From the NCBI GenBank assembly GCA_001825155.1, contig MHVH01000006.1:70939-120238 (forward strand): a DNA stretch of 49,300 nucleotides, given 5' to 3'. The notes below the pieces were generated by a model. It worked only from the letters and a program-made list of their open reading frames with translations, searched no databases and was not told where the DNA came from. The DNA is from Candidatus Zambryskibacteria bacterium RIFCSPHIGHO2_01_FULL_46_25 (lineage in GTDB: Bacteria > Patescibacteriota > Minisyncoccia > Phycocordibacterales > Zambryskibacteraceae). This document shows, one piece after another, positions 28,258 to 38,754 of this stretch. Every line of letters starts with the position of its first letter. Position 1 is the stretch's first letter. The position numbers and the translations under genes were made by a program.

Positions 28258-28347
28258 GCGCTCCGGCGCTTCACAAAGGGCGTCCCACCGCAGGGACGCC
28301 CTTGACTTTTTAATGGTTTGGGTGTATAGTAGAGATTGGAGGGTTCG

Positions 28348-28524
28348 ATGCCACAGTATCAGCTGTTTTTCACCGCCGCGTCGGACTTCGCGGCGCGGCA
28401 GATCGTCGGCGAGGTCGAAGGGATTGGCGGGGTCGTTCACATGGAGAGGGTGGCCGACAGGCCCCTGACTCTCCTGGAGATCGAAGAGATCATCCAGAAG
28501 CAGCGGGAGGAGGTCGCGAAGTAA
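28348..28524 (+). CDS. Small hypothetical protein, 58 aa
   Basis: TTGACT(28302)-17-TATAGT promoter, SD GGAGG, ATG 28348, hairpin plus T-rich tract downstream. Confidence 0.6.
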   Translation: MPQYQLFFTAASDFAARQIVGEVEGIGGVVHMERVADRPLTLLEIEEIIQKQREEVAK

Positions 28525-28764
28525 CCTCGCGGGCGGGAGGAGGAGGCGTCCAAGTGACGCCCCTTTACTTTTATACAGGGGTTGTATAATATGGCGCTTA
28601 CGTCTATAGGTGCCATGCTCTTTGATCCGCCAGCTGGCGGACTCTCAATAAGGTATAGCACTTTTATGACGCGCTTATGAATCAAAGAAGGCAATGGTTC
28701 TCGCGCGCTTTCTTTTTTTCAGAAGAAGTTACTAACTACTATCTACTAATAACTAATTACTAAT

Positions 28765-29955
<1,191 letters not shown>

Positions 29956-30062
29956 TAATTTTGGAAGCACCAAATCCTAAACCCTAAACTCTAAATAATT
30001 TTCTAAATTTAAAATTTGGAATTTGTTTAGGATTTAGAAATTAGGATTTAGAAATTACTCGA

Positions 30063-30431
30063 ATGGCAACAAAAGTACCTAAAAAAACAAAAACGTCATC
30101 GAAAGCCAAGGCGGCTGAAGAAGCGACTGCCAAGTTGCGCATTCGAGTCATGGCGTACGAGTCGAAGATACTCGACCTCTCGGTCAAGCAGATAATCGAC
30201 ACCGCTCTCCGCTATGACGCGAAAATCCAAGGCCCGATTCCTTTGCCGACAGAGATAAAGAAATATACGGTGAACCGCGCGGCGTTCGTATACAAGAATG
30301 CGCGAGAACAGTTCGAGATGCGAATACACAAGCGGCTCATCGATATTCTGAATCCCAGCGCCAAGGTCATAGAAGCTCTGACTAACATGTCGCTTCCTTC
30401 TGGCGTGAACATAGATGTGAAAATGATATAG
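30063..30431 (+). CDS. rpsJ: 30S ribosomal protein uS10
   Basis: LRIRV, GPIPLPT, REQFEMRIHKRLIDI. Confidence 0.97.
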   Translation: MATKVPKKTKTSSKAKAAEEATAKLRIRVMAYESKILDLSVKQIIDTALRYDAKIQGPIPLPTEIKKYTVNRAAFVYKNAREQFEMRIHKRLIDILNPSAKVIEALTNMSLPSGVNIDVKMI

Positions 30432-30439
30432 AAATAGAA

Positions 30440-30889
30440 ATGAAAGCCAAGAAAGTAAACATGACGCAAATATTCGACGAATCAGGGGAAGTTTTCCCCG
30501 TGACTATCGTCGTGTTACAGAACCAAGGGGAGGGCTTAGATGCCGATTCCCAAGCCCTCCCCTTGGCTGTAGGAGACATGATTACTGTTTCCGGCATTTC
30601 TAAAGGCAAGGGTTTCCAGGGGGTGGTCAAACGCCACAAGTTCGAGGGAGGCCGTCGCTCCCACGGCCAAAAGCATTCCGAGCGCGAGGCCGGCTCCATT
30701 GGCGGAGGCGGACGAGCGGGAGGACGCGTAGCCAAAGGTATGCGCATGGCCGGTCGGATGGGCGGAGAAAAAGTTACGATAAAGAACCTAAGAGTAATAA
30801 GAGTCGAGCCGGAAACTAGGGAAATCTTCATCCGGGGAGCTATTCCCGGCAGACGTGGAACGAAAGTAGAAGTAAGAAGTATGAAGTAA
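30440..30889 (+). CDS. rplC: 50S ribosomal protein uL3 (short, 149 aa)
   Basis: MTQIFD, PVT, SKGKGFQGVVKRH, GMRMAGRMG, GAIPG. Confidence 0.93.
   Translation: MKAKKVNMTQIFDESGEVFPVTIVVLQNQGEGLDADSQALPLAVGDMITVSGISKGKGFQGVVKRHKFEGGRRSHGQKHSEREAGSIGGGGRAGGRVAKGMRMAGRMGGEKVTIKNLRVIRVEPETREIFIRGAIPGRRGTKVEVRSMK
30523..30566. repeat. In-frame palindromic element inside rplC
   Basis: CCAAGGGGAGGGCTT-AGATGCCGATTCCC-AAGCCCTCCCCTTGG (perfect 15-bp stem, 14-nt loop). Confidence 0.8.
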
Positions 30890-30896
30890 GAAGAAT

Positions 30897-31577
30897 ATGG
30901 AAACCCCAGTCTACAACCAAACAGGCAAGGTGATTGGAAGGTTCGCGCTTCCCGAGAGTATTTTTGGTTTGCGCTGGAACGCGGACTTGGTAAAACAAAT
31001 TACCGACTCTATTCTTTCCTCGAGGAGAAAGAACGTTGCCCATACGAAAAATAGAGGCGAAGTAAGAGGAGGAGGCAAGAAACCTTGGCAACAGAAGGGA
31101 ACGGGTAGAGCCCGTCACGGCTCAACACGAAGTCCTATCTGGGTCGGTGGTGGTGTCACTCACGGTCCGAGAAACGAAAAGAATTATGCCCGCACGATTT
31201 CGAAGAGCATGAGAGTAAAAGCTCTTCACACCATCCTCGCCGAGAAATATCGCGATGGGGAGATACTCTTCGTCGATTCTCTCGCGCTCGCTGAGCCGAA
31301 GACGAAGTTTGCGGTGCAAGCTCTTGGCGGACTCTCGGAAGTGAAGGGTTTTGAAAAGATGTATTCCAAGAGGAAGAGCTCAGCGGCCATCGCGCTTGGA
31401 AGCAAGAACAAGGAGACTGAGAGAGCCTTCAAGAATCTCGGCAATGTTGAAGTGCTTGAAGCGAGGAACCTTGACCCCATAACACTTCTTCAGTACAAGT
31501 ATCTGGTTATCGAGAATCCGGAAGTTGCGTTCAAGGCTATTCCCAAAACTAAGAAAGCCAAGAAGCCGACAAACTAG
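30897..31577 (+). CDS. rplD: 50S ribosomal protein uL4
   Basis: TKNRGEVRGGGKKPWQQKGTGRARHGS. Confidence 0.98.
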   Translation: METPVYNQTGKVIGRFALPESIFGLRWNADLVKQITDSILSSRRKNVAHTKNRGEVRGGGKKPWQQKGTGRARHGSTRSPIWVGGGVTHGPRNEKNYARTISKSMRVKALHTILAEKYRDGEILFVDSLALAEPKTKFAVQALGGLSEVKGFEKMYSKRKSSAAIALGSKNKETERAFKNLGNVEVLEARNLDPITLLQYKYLVIENPEVAFKAIPKTKKAKKPTN

Positions 31578-31578
31578 C

Positions 31579-31872
31579 ATGCAGAAGCTAAATATAAAAC
31601 CGAATAATGTTCTCAAGGGACCTCGTATTACCGAGAAGGCCGCCATTTCCGCCGACAAGCACAATGTCTACGTTTTCGAGGTGGAGAAATTTGCTACTAA
31701 GGCATCTATCATCGCTTCCATCAGAGATGCTTACAAGGTAGTTCCGACAGATGTTCGCGTGGTAAACATTCCGGCGAGAAAAGTTATTGTTAGAGGCAAG
31801 AGAGGCGTGAAAAGTGCGGTTAAGAAAGCGTATGTCGCGCTCAAAAAAGGCGATAAGATAGAACTTCTATAA
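31579..31872 (+). CDS. rplW: 50S ribosomal protein uL23
   Basis: PRITEKA, YVFEV, KKAYVAL; start ATG 31579. Confidence 0.95.
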   Translation: MQKLNIKPNNVLKGPRITEKAAISADKHNVYVFEVEKFATKASIIASIRDAYKVVPTDVRVVNIPARKVIVRGKRGVKSAVKKAYVALKKGDKIELL

Positions 31873-32711
31873 TGAAACACTACAAGCCCACAACAAAATC
31901 CCGCCGCAACACCTCCGGCATCGATTATCGGAAGATTGTTACAACGAGCGAGCCGCATAAAGCTCTGACCAAGGGCTTCCACCGGGGCACAGGCAGGAAT
32001 AATACCGGACGCATCACCACTCGCCACAAGGGAGGCGGGCATAAGAGATTGCACCGGGATGTTGATTTCCTTTTCGACAAGTTCGACGTGCCATTTGTCA
32101 TAAATACGGTTGAGTATGATCCGAGCCGCTCGGGCTTCATCGGTCTCGTGACGTACAAAGATGGCGAGAAAAGATACACCCTTTTGCACAACAGCGCCAA
32201 GGTGGGAGATGAGAATGTTGTCTCCGAGAAAGCGCCCATAATCCCAGGCAACCGCATGCCTCTAGGCAATATGCTCGTGGGCACATTCGTTTACAACGTG
32301 GAGCTCAAGCATCGGGGTGGCGCCAAGCTTGCTCGTTCGGGCGGAAACTACGTGGAAATTCTCGCCAAGGACGGCGGTTACGTGGATGTGAAGCTTCCTT
32401 CAAGCGAAGTGAGGAAAGTGCCCGCCAACGCGTGGGCAACCATAGGCGAAGTTTCCAATAACGAAAACAGGCTCGTGAAGCTCGGTAAGGCCGGACGTTC
32501 ACGCTGGCTCGGCATCCGTCCGACCACCCGCGGCACAGCCATGAACCCTGTTGATCATCCGCACGGCGGAGGTGAAGGTAGACAGGGTCGCGGTCGCCGA
32601 CGCGCCATCTCTATCTACGGCAAGCCTACTGGCAAGGGTCAGAAGTCCCGCCGAGCCAAGAAATATTCAAACAAGTTTATTGTTAGTCGCAGAAGGGTAG
32701 GAAAACGCTAG
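31872..32711 (+). CDS. rplB: 50S ribosomal protein uL2
   Basis: GRNNTGRITTRHKGGGHKR, EYDPSRS, RGTAMNPVDHPHGGGEG. Confidence 0.99.
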   Translation: MKHYKPTTKSRRNTSGIDYRKIVTTSEPHKALTKGFHRGTGRNNTGRITTRHKGGGHKRLHRDVDFLFDKFDVPFVINTVEYDPSRSGFIGLVTYKDGEKRYTLLHNSAKVGDENVVSEKAPIIPGNRMPLGNMLVGTFVYNVELKHRGGAKLARSGGNYVEILAKDGGYVDVKLPSSEVRKVPANAWATIGEVSNNENRLVKLGKAGRSRWLGIRPTTRGTAMNPVDHPHGGGEGRQGRGRRRAISIYGKPTGKGQKSRRAKKYSNKFIVSRRRVGKR

Positions 32712-32822
32712 TAAATAATAAGTAGTAAATAGAAGTAACAAAGTTCCCATTAGGGGATTTTGTTTTGTCAGAAATCACTACTCACATCGTCTCTTGCGTA
32801 TGTAGATACAATGTATATACTT

Positions 32823-33062
32823 ATGCCAATGACTACTAAAATACGCAAATGGGGCAACAGCGCTGCGGTGCGCATACCCAAAATAGCTATGCGTAAGGGC
32901 GGATTTCGCTATGGGAGTGAGGTAGAAATAACTCTCAAGCCTATCTACAATAAATACAATTTAGATGAGCTCATAGCTAGTATCAATCCAAAAAATCGAC
33001 ATCCGGAAACAGATTGGGGTCCTGACGTTGGTAAGGAAATTCTACCAGAATGGGGAGAGTAA
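32823..33062 (+). CDS. mazE: MazE/AbrB-family antitoxin
   Basis: TKIRKWGNSAAVRIP, LDELIASI, ETDWGPDVGKE. Confidence 0.9.
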   Translation: MPMTTKIRKWGNSAAVRIPKIAMRKGGFRYGSEVEITLKPIYNKYNLDELIASINPKNRHPETDWGPDVGKEILPEWGE

Positions 33063-33391
33063 ACTATATACCAGAGCGAGGGGATATCGTGTACACATCG
33101 TTTAGTCCCACAAAAGGTCACGAGCAAAGAGGTCGCCGTCCTGCATTAATATTGTCTACGCATGCCTACAATCTCCGTAGCCAACTGGCTATAATGTGTC
33201 CCGTCACCTCAACCATTAGAAATTCACTTTTCGAAGTGATCATCGAAACTCCAAAAGTTAAAGGAGTAATCTTAAGCGATCATGTCAGGTCAATGTCCTG
33301 GAAAATCAGAGGAGTGAAGTTTGTTTCCAAGTGTCCGGCAGATATTTTGCATGAAGTATCAGGTAAACTTGTAGTATTAATTCAAGGATAA
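33050..33391 (+). CDS. mazF: MazF/PemK endoribonuclease toxin
   Basis: PERGDIV, GHEQRGRRPALILS, YN, CPVTS, DHVRS. Confidence 0.92.
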   Translation: MGRVNYIPERGDIVYTSFSPTKGHEQRGRRPALILSTHAYNLRSQLAIMCPVTSTIRNSLFEVIIETPKVKGVILSDHVRSMSWKIRGVKFVSKCPADILHEVSGKLVVLIQG

Positions 33392-33478
33392 TAACTGGAA
33401 TAATTTGACTGTCGCGCTCGGGTCTAATATTATCTGGAAGGACTTTGTATAAACGCAATATTTTACGTTGGGGGGTAT

Positions 33479-33817
33479 ATGGAAAAATCGGAATTCCTGC
33501 GTGGGCTCATGAATGCCAAGGAAGCGTATCACAGAGATCGGATGACGGGCGTTCGGGCGGCGAGTGCTGCCGCGTGTGCGAAACAGTTCGGCATTTTGCC
33601 GAAGAGGGCGCACGAACGAAGTCCGATTCCGGCGGCGATCCGCAAGCTTCAAGCTCCCCGGAACTGCGGGAAGCTTACGATCGATGAGTATCTGATGATC
33701 GAAACGTGTTGGGAAGAGTTCCTGGCACAGACGATCTTCTGGCGGCGGGTTGCCCGCTGGCTGAGAATGCTCTTCTATCGGACTCCAGCGTCGGTGACTG
33801 TGAACATCCAGTCTTGA
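33479..33817 (+). CDS. Hypothetical protein (GC-rich cassette)
   Basis: 112-aa ORF with TTGACT-17-TATTAT upstream and a GCGGCGCCAC/GTGGCGCCGC hairpin plus T-tract downstream. Confidence 0.55.
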   Translation: MEKSEFLRGLMNAKEAYHRDRMTGVRAASAAACAKQFGILPKRAHERSPIPAAIRKLQAPRNCGKLTIDEYLMIETCWEEFLAQTIFWRRVARWLRMLFYRTPASVTVNIQS

Positions 33818-33884
33818 ATTCGGGCGGCGCCACACCGTGGCGCCGCCGTTGCTTTTTATAATATTTCCTGTAATGTATTCCTCG

Positions 33885-33945
33885 TAAGGTCAAAGATAGC
33901 TGGCATTCCATAAGTCCGGCCGAGATCAGAAACTCCTTTGCCTTA
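33885..33945 (+). promoter_or_regulatory. Putative L10 leader (autoregulatory RNA of rplJ-rplL)
   Basis: TAAGG-CAAAG/CTTTG-CCTTA closing stem enclosing AGATAGCTGG...CCGGCCGAG, resembling the L10-leader core; directly upstream of rplJ. Confidence 0.6.
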
Positions 33946-33976
33946 TACGTGCGATTAACAGCTTTAGCTATTTTGA

Positions 33977-34465
33977 ATGGCTATAACAAAGCAGAAGAAA
34001 GAGGAGATAGTCGATAAGCTCAAGAGCGCTTTCAAGAGCGCCACTTCGGTTATCTTCGTGAACTTCAAAGGGCTCTCTGTCAGCAACACCACAAACCTGC
34101 GCCGCACTCTCAAAGAAGGAGGCGTATCTTATACTGTGGTCAAGAAGACTTTGACAGACAGAGCGCTCGACGCGGAGAAGTTTGAAGGTGACAAGCCTGA
34201 ATTACCGGGTGAACTCGCGCTCGCTTGGGGCGATGACCTCATCGCTCCCGCCCGCGAGGTGTACGACTTCATGAAGAAGTTTCCGGAGAATCTCAAGATT
34301 CTCGGAGGTATCTTCAAGGGCAAGTATGTCGCCGCGGAGGAAGTGCTTGAGATGGCGAAGATTCCGACGCTCGATGTGCTTCGGGGTAAGTTCGTGAACA
34401 TTGTGAACTCGCCAATTCAGCGATTTGCTATCGCACTGAATGAAATCGCTAAATTGCGCTCGTAA
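33977..34465 (+). CDS. rplJ: 50S ribosomal protein uL10
   Basis: MAITKQKKEEIV, FKGLSV, VVKKTL, ILGGIF, IPTLDVLRGK. Confidence 0.95.
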   Translation: MAITKQKKEEIVDKLKSAFKSATSVIFVNFKGLSVSNTTNLRRTLKEGGVSYTVVKKTLTDRALDAEKFEGDKPELPGELALAWGDDLIAPAREVYDFMKKFPENLKILGGIFKGKYVAAEEVLEMAKIPTLDVLRGKFVNIVNSPIQRFAIALNEIAKLRS

Positions 34466-34567
34466 TTATCAATTTACAATTCTCAATTTTCATTGAATTT
34501 CCAATGACCATTGAAAATTAAAAATTGATTGAAAATTCTAAATTAAAAATTGAAAATTAATAATCCC

Positions 34568-34936
34568 ATGTCAGACAAATTACAAAAAATTCTTACTGAA
34601 GTTGAAGGTCTCACTGTTCTTGAATTGAATGAACTGGTGAAGGCCTTCGAAGAGAAGTTCGGCGTCTCCGCCACGGCGGTAGCAGCTGGTCCGGCAGTAG
34701 CCGCGGGTCCCGCGGAGGAAGAGAAGTCGACAGCCGATGTCGAGCTCACCGATGGTGGTGCCAATAAGATTGCCGTCATCAAGGTGGTCAAGGAAGTGCT
34801 TGCTCTCGGTCTCAAGGAAGCCAAAGACCTTGTCGATGCCGTTCCCTCTATGCTCAAAGCGGGTATGAAGAAAGAAGAAGCCGCCGAATTGAAGAAGAGA
34901 ATAGAAGAAGCGGGTGGAAAGGTAACATTGAAATAA
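34568..34936 (+). CDS. rplL: 50S ribosomal protein bL12
   Basis: [39 protein letters not shown]. Confidence 0.98.
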   Translation: MSDKLQKILTEVEGLTVLELNELVKAFEEKFGVSATAVAAGPAVAAGPAEEEKSTADVELTDGGANKIAVIKVVKEVLALGLKEAKDLVDAVPSMLKAGMKKEEAAELKKRIEEAGGKVTLK

Positions 34937-34959
34937 CACACAGGATTTTCCTGTATAGA

Positions 34960-34991
34960 GAAAAGCACTACGATATATCGTAGTGCTTTTC
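34960..34991. terminator. Bidirectional terminator-like hairpin
   Basis: GAAAAGCACTACGAT/ATCGTAGTGCTTTTC perfect inverted repeat between convergent genes. Confidence 0.75.
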
Positions 34992-34999
34992 AACTTCAT

Positions 35000-35395
35000 T
35001 TAAGAGTGGTCCTTAACTATGGCTAGACGTTCAGCCAAGTCTTCGAGAAAAGTCAGTAGCAACTCGCTTGCTGTAAAAGTTGTACCAGCTGGCACGTAAT
35101 TTCTATCGAAAGATAATCGTGATAGAACAACCTCGTAATCTTGTTTGAAATTACGTGGGCCAGGAATTTTTAAGCAGAATTTTTTGTCACCCCTTTCACC
35201 TCTGTTCGATAATTCGATCATTTCTTGACCTCCTGCAAGACCGAGCAAGTTTTTGGCAAGCAATTTCTCCAGTTCGCTCAGCTCATCTAAATTCAGATTG
35301 AGGCCTTTTAGAGTTTGGTGAATCATTTTCTTCTCCAGCAAAGCAAAACCGCCGATATGGCGGTTTTGCGAATTAGGCTTCCACCTCCACATCAT
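35000..35395 (-). CDS. Hypothetical protein (start uncertain: 35395 or 35326)
   Basis: 131-aa ORF; both candidate ATGs have GGAG-type SD sequences. Confidence 0.55.
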   Translation of the reverse strand: MMWRWKPNSQNRHIGGFALLEKKMIHQTLKGLNLNLDELSELEKLLAKNLLGLAGGQEMIELSNRGERGDKKFCLKIPGPRNFKQDYEVVLSRLSFDRNYVPAGTTFTASELLLTFLEDLAERLAIVKDHS

Positions 35396-35526
35396 CTCTC
35401 CTCGGGTCCACCTTTGCTAAAGCTTCGGCGGGACAAGGCTGAATGGAGCACCCAACTCAATGGGTTGCTGGAGCGTCACAGGGTCAGTACCCTCGGCTCA
35501 CTCTTGATAATATGAAATTGTGAAAG
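35378..35526 (-). ncRNA. Candidate structured RNA or leader
   Basis: Long closing stem UUUCAC-AA-UUUCAUAUUAUC / GAUGAUGUGGAG-GUGGAA that pairs only on the minus strand (G-U wobbles); three internal hairpins; upstream TTGACA...TACTAT; downstream hairpin 35343-35369. Confidence 0.5.
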
Positions 35527-35605
35527 AACAACACTACTATAGTAGCTGACGTAATAGGATTGTCAATTCGTCATAAGACTTGACATGTCATGGTACAATA
35601 GCAAC

Positions 35606-35935
35606 ATGAACATACAACAGGCTAAGGCCAACCTGGAAAAATTCCTGGGGGATAGGATGTTAACTTTCTCTATCATGAAGTATCAAAATGGTGAGTGGGT
35701 GGCTGAATGCAACGAGCTTCCAGCCATTATGACCGGAGGTATGGGGGACGACGTTGCTGAAATGGACAGAATGATAAGAGACGCCATTCTTACAGCAGCA
35801 GGAATCGATCCAAAATATTCTCAACAGGTTCTGAGGTTTGTTGATCTAAAAAGCCCCTTCCGCTGGGGTACAAACTTGTTCTCCCATTCATCAATGAGGA
35901 CTGCCGAGCGGGAAGCGGAGTATGTCATCGCCTAA
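35606..35935 (+). CDS. HicB-like antitoxin
   Basis: GEWVAECNELPAIMTGG...MIRDAI matches the HicB partial RNase H-like motif; no obvious DNA-binding domain. Confidence 0.65.
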   Translation: MNIQQAKANLEKFLGDRMLTFSIMKYQNGEWVAECNELPAIMTGGMGDDVAEMDRMIRDAILTAAGIDPKYSQQVLRFVDLKSPFRWGTNLFSHSSMRTAEREAEYVIA

Positions 35936-36251
35936 CCTCCACTCAAGCATAAAATTAGCCGAGGGGAAATTAGTGGATAGAATTAAGGGATGTACACAAA
36001 AAGATTGGATAAAAGCTTGTGAAAGGCTCGGTCTTTGTGTGTTACCTAACGCTGGGAGAGGTTCCCATTGTGCTGTATACAAAGACAATACCTGTCCACC
36101 AGAAGATAGCAGTTGCTGTGTCGTGACCATACCTCAGAATGTTTACCCAAATTTTCAAAGAGATTTAGTAAAGAAAGTTGTTGCGTACGGATTAGCAAGC
36201 GGAAAGTATACTGAAGGAGATGTTTGGAAGGCTCTGGGGGTGAAAAAATGA
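35922..36251 (+). CDS. HicA-like toxin
   Basis: KDWIKACERLGL...GRGSH...VVTIP fits the HicA dsRBD-like pattern. Confidence 0.7.
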   Translation: MSSPNLHSSIKLAEGKLVDRIKGCTQKDWIKACERLGLCVLPNAGRGSHCAVYKDNTCPPEDSSCCVVTIPQNVYPNFQRDLVKKVVAYGLASGKYTEGDVWKALGVKK

Positions 36252-36308
36252 ATCAAAAACCGCGCATTGCGCGGTTTTTGTTTGGGGGTACAATACGGGC
36301 ATAACAAC

Positions 36309-36884
36309 ATGAAGTCAGTTTCCTTAATTTTCGGCGGGGAGGCGAAGGTAAAAATTATGAGACTCTTCATATTCAACCCCGGATTGACTCTCTCGGCATC
36401 CGAGGTTTCCCACAGAGCCAAGGAGCGGTCCGAAACGGCCAGGCGCGAACTCAATAATTTGTCTAAAGCGGGTCTTATCAAAAGGCGAGCCAGAGGCTAC
36501 GTTCTCAACCCTACGTATATCTATCTTCCGGCTATCGGGAACTTCCTAGTTGACGCCACCCCCATGTCGGAGAAGGAGATAGTGAAGAAACTTAGCCGAG
36601 CGGGTAACATAAAACTCGTTCTTATTTCCGGAGTCTTTCTCCATGACCCGGACTCTAGGGTGGATATGCTTGTGGTAGGAGATGACATTAGCCAAGCGAG
36701 ACTAAATCACGTCATTGGTTCTATAGAAGCGGAACTTGGTAAGGAATTGCGCTACGCCGCCTTTGAAACAGCTGACTTCCAGTACCGCATGGGTGTGTAC
36801 GATAAGCTCATACGCGACATCCTAGATGCCCGCCACAGACTTATTCTCAACAAACTAGGGCTAGAAATCGCAAAGAAGGCGTAA
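36309..36884 (+). CDS. Winged-helix protein with degenerate nucleotidyltransferase-like C-terminal domain
   Basis: KVKIMRLFIFNP...RRELNNLSKAGLI (wHTH); LISGVF...DSRVDMLVVGD. Confidence 0.7.
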   Translation: MKSVSLIFGGEAKVKIMRLFIFNPGLTLSASEVSHRAKERSETARRELNNLSKAGLIKRRARGYVLNPTYIYLPAIGNFLVDATPMSEKEIVKKLSRAGNIKLVLISGVFLHDPDSRVDMLVVGDDISQARLNHVIGSIEAELGKELRYAAFETADFQYRMGVYDKLIRDILDARHRLILNKLGLEIAKKA

Positions 36885-36988
36885 TTGTTGTCCACAGGGC
36901 TAAAATATCCTTTATTTACACGGTGTATAATATTTACATACCCCTTTTAAAGTGGTAATTAGCAGTTAAAGTCATTCCGTCTAGACAT

Positions 36989-37681
36989 ATGTTATTAAAT
37001 ACATGGAGCGAAGTTTTGCAACTCTCTTTCCAGAACCTCTGGGTGGGAGTAGTCAACTTCGTCCCGAATCTTGTAATCGCGATTGTCATTCTCGTCCTCG
37101 GCTGGCTCATAGGAGCTCTCCTCGGACGCGCTATCGCGCAGGTGTTCAAGTCTCTTAAGGTCGACGAAGGACTTCGTCGCGCCGGCCTTGAGTCATTCCT
37201 TCGTCGCGGAGGCGTGAATCTCGATTCCGGAGAATTCATCGGCGCTCTGGTAAAGTGGTTTGTGATTGTAATGTTCCTGGTTGCGGCTTTCGACATTTTG
37301 GGCCTGGTCCAGGTAAACCTCTTCCTCCAGGAAGTCGTACTTGGCTACTTGCCCCGCGTACTCGCCGCAGCCCTAGTGCTCCTGGTAGCCGGTGTTGTGG
37401 GTGATGTTACCGGCCGAGTAGTAGTTACGGCCGCCCGCACAGCAGGCGTACACTCCGCTCACTTCGCCGGCGCTATCGCCAAGTGGGCCATCTGGATCTT
37501 CGCGATCCTGGTTGCTCTCTCACAGCTCGGCATCGCAGCCGCCTTCAGCCAGACTCTCTTTACTGGCATCGTCATCGCTCTCTCGCTTGCTCTAGGCCTC
37601 TCCTTTGGTCTTGGCGGACAAGAGGCAGCCGGTCGCTTCATCGAACGCCTTAGAGGCGAGATGAGCGGCAGGAACCAATAA
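36989..37681 (+). CDS. Conserved TM-helix-repeat membrane protein (CmpX/MscS-TM-like)
   Basis: Two repeats FVPNLVIAIVIL / YLPRVLAAALVL; ALGLSFGLGG. Confidence 0.8.
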   Translation: MLLNTWSEVLQLSFQNLWVGVVNFVPNLVIAIVILVLGWLIGALLGRAIAQVFKSLKVDEGLRRAGLESFLRRGGVNLDSGEFIGALVKWFVIVMFLVAAFDILGLVQVNLFLQEVVLGYLPRVLAAALVLLVAGVVGDVTGRVVVTAARTAGVHSAHFAGAIAKWAIWIFAILVALSQLGIAAAFSQTLFTGIVIALSLALGLSFGLGGQEAAGRFIERLRGEMSGRNQ

Positions 37682-37827
37682 TCTGGTATTAATCTAGCTA
37701 GGTAATACCGAGAATAGGCAAAACCCCGCTATTGGCGGGGTTTTGCTATATTGTCCATCGCGCTAGGGGATTTTGCTGGAAATTATATATTTGATCACCC
37801 TAATTAAAAATGGGGTATAATTATTAT

Positions 37828-38304
37828 ATGGATATTTTAAAGGCAAAAGATGTAGCCAGTTTTCTTATCGACCTGTCTTTAAAAGAGGGGGCTGATAAAG
37901 GTCTGCCTACTCCTGAAGGCATAACAAATTTGAAACTACAAAAGTTGCTTTACTTTGCACAAGCTTCGCATATGGCACTTTTTAATAAACCACTTTTTAC
38001 TGAAAAGATTGAAGCTTGGAAATGGGGCCCAGTTATTCCTTCAATTTATCATCACTATTCAAGCAACAAGAATAAACCATTGCCCCTAGATAAATCTTTT
38101 AAGGGAATCGATAACGATAAAAAATCAGAGTTTATTAAGGGAGTATGGGATTTGTTCGGCAAATACTCTGCTATTGAACTTATGAAAATAACTCACAAGC
38201 ATAAACCATGGATTGAAGCTTTTCAAAAAGGTAGTGGAACTACTATTGAAAATAGTGTATTGAGAAGCTACTACAAAAATCTGTTTACGCTTGCGAATGA
38301 ATAG
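37828..38304 (+). CDS. Panacea-domain (DUF4065/SocA/GepA-like) antitoxin
   Basis: ITNLKLQKLLYFAQ, EAWKWGPVIP, YSAIELMKITH..PW. Confidence 0.9.
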   Translation: MDILKAKDVASFLIDLSLKEGADKGLPTPEGITNLKLQKLLYFAQASHMALFNKPLFTEKIEAWKWGPVIPSIYHHYSSNKNKPLPLDKSFKGIDNDKKSEFIKGVWDLFGKYSAIELMKITHKHKPWIEAFQKGSGTTIENSVLRSYYKNLFTLANE

Positions 38305-38728
38305 GAATAAACCTTATTTAAAAGGAAGTATTGGCGAGAGTAGAGAAGGCATACTTCAAGCCCAAGTTGCTCCAGCCCACTTTGAAAGTCCCATAAGGTT
38401 CAGTTTTCGTCATTGCAAAACACACAAAAATTGGTGTATTAGAAACCTTGGAAAGTCTCACTTAGAAAGGTTGTATGCCACATTGGGAAAGTTTGAGGAT
38501 ATGACTTTTAAAGATGTTATTGGCATGAGGCATGATAAAGGATTTAGTATTGAGAAAAAAGACAGTTTCAATGCAAATCTTTTTGCTGATACAGACGCAG
38601 ATTTTAGCACCTACCTCCACTTCAGAGTAAATGGTGCACCAACTATAGTTAGGGTATTTGGTGCACTAAAGGGAAGCCTCTGCTATATATTAGGAATAGA
38701 CCCCGATGGGAGTGTAAATCATGACTAA
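38291..38728 (+). CDS. Putative toxin partnered with the Panacea antitoxin
   Basis: Overlaps the antitoxin stop; C-terminal HFRV...RVFG...YILGIDP..VNH is weakly RelE-like. Confidence 0.55.
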   Translation: MRMNRNKPYLKGSIGESREGILQAQVAPAHFESPIRFSFRHCKTHKNWCIRNLGKSHLERLYATLGKFEDMTFKDVIGMRHDKGFSIEKKDSFNANLFADTDADFSTYLHFRVNGAPTIVRVFGALKGSLCYILGIDPDGSVNHD

Positions 38729-38730
38729 AA

Positions 38731-38754
38731 GTGCACTCGATAGGATTTGAACCC
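38731..38754 (-). other. tRNA 3'-end-like fragment (possible att remnant)
   Basis: Minus strand reads GGGTTCAAATCCTATCGAGTGCAC (T-arm plus acceptor 3' strand); no 5' half nearby. Confidence 0.5.
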
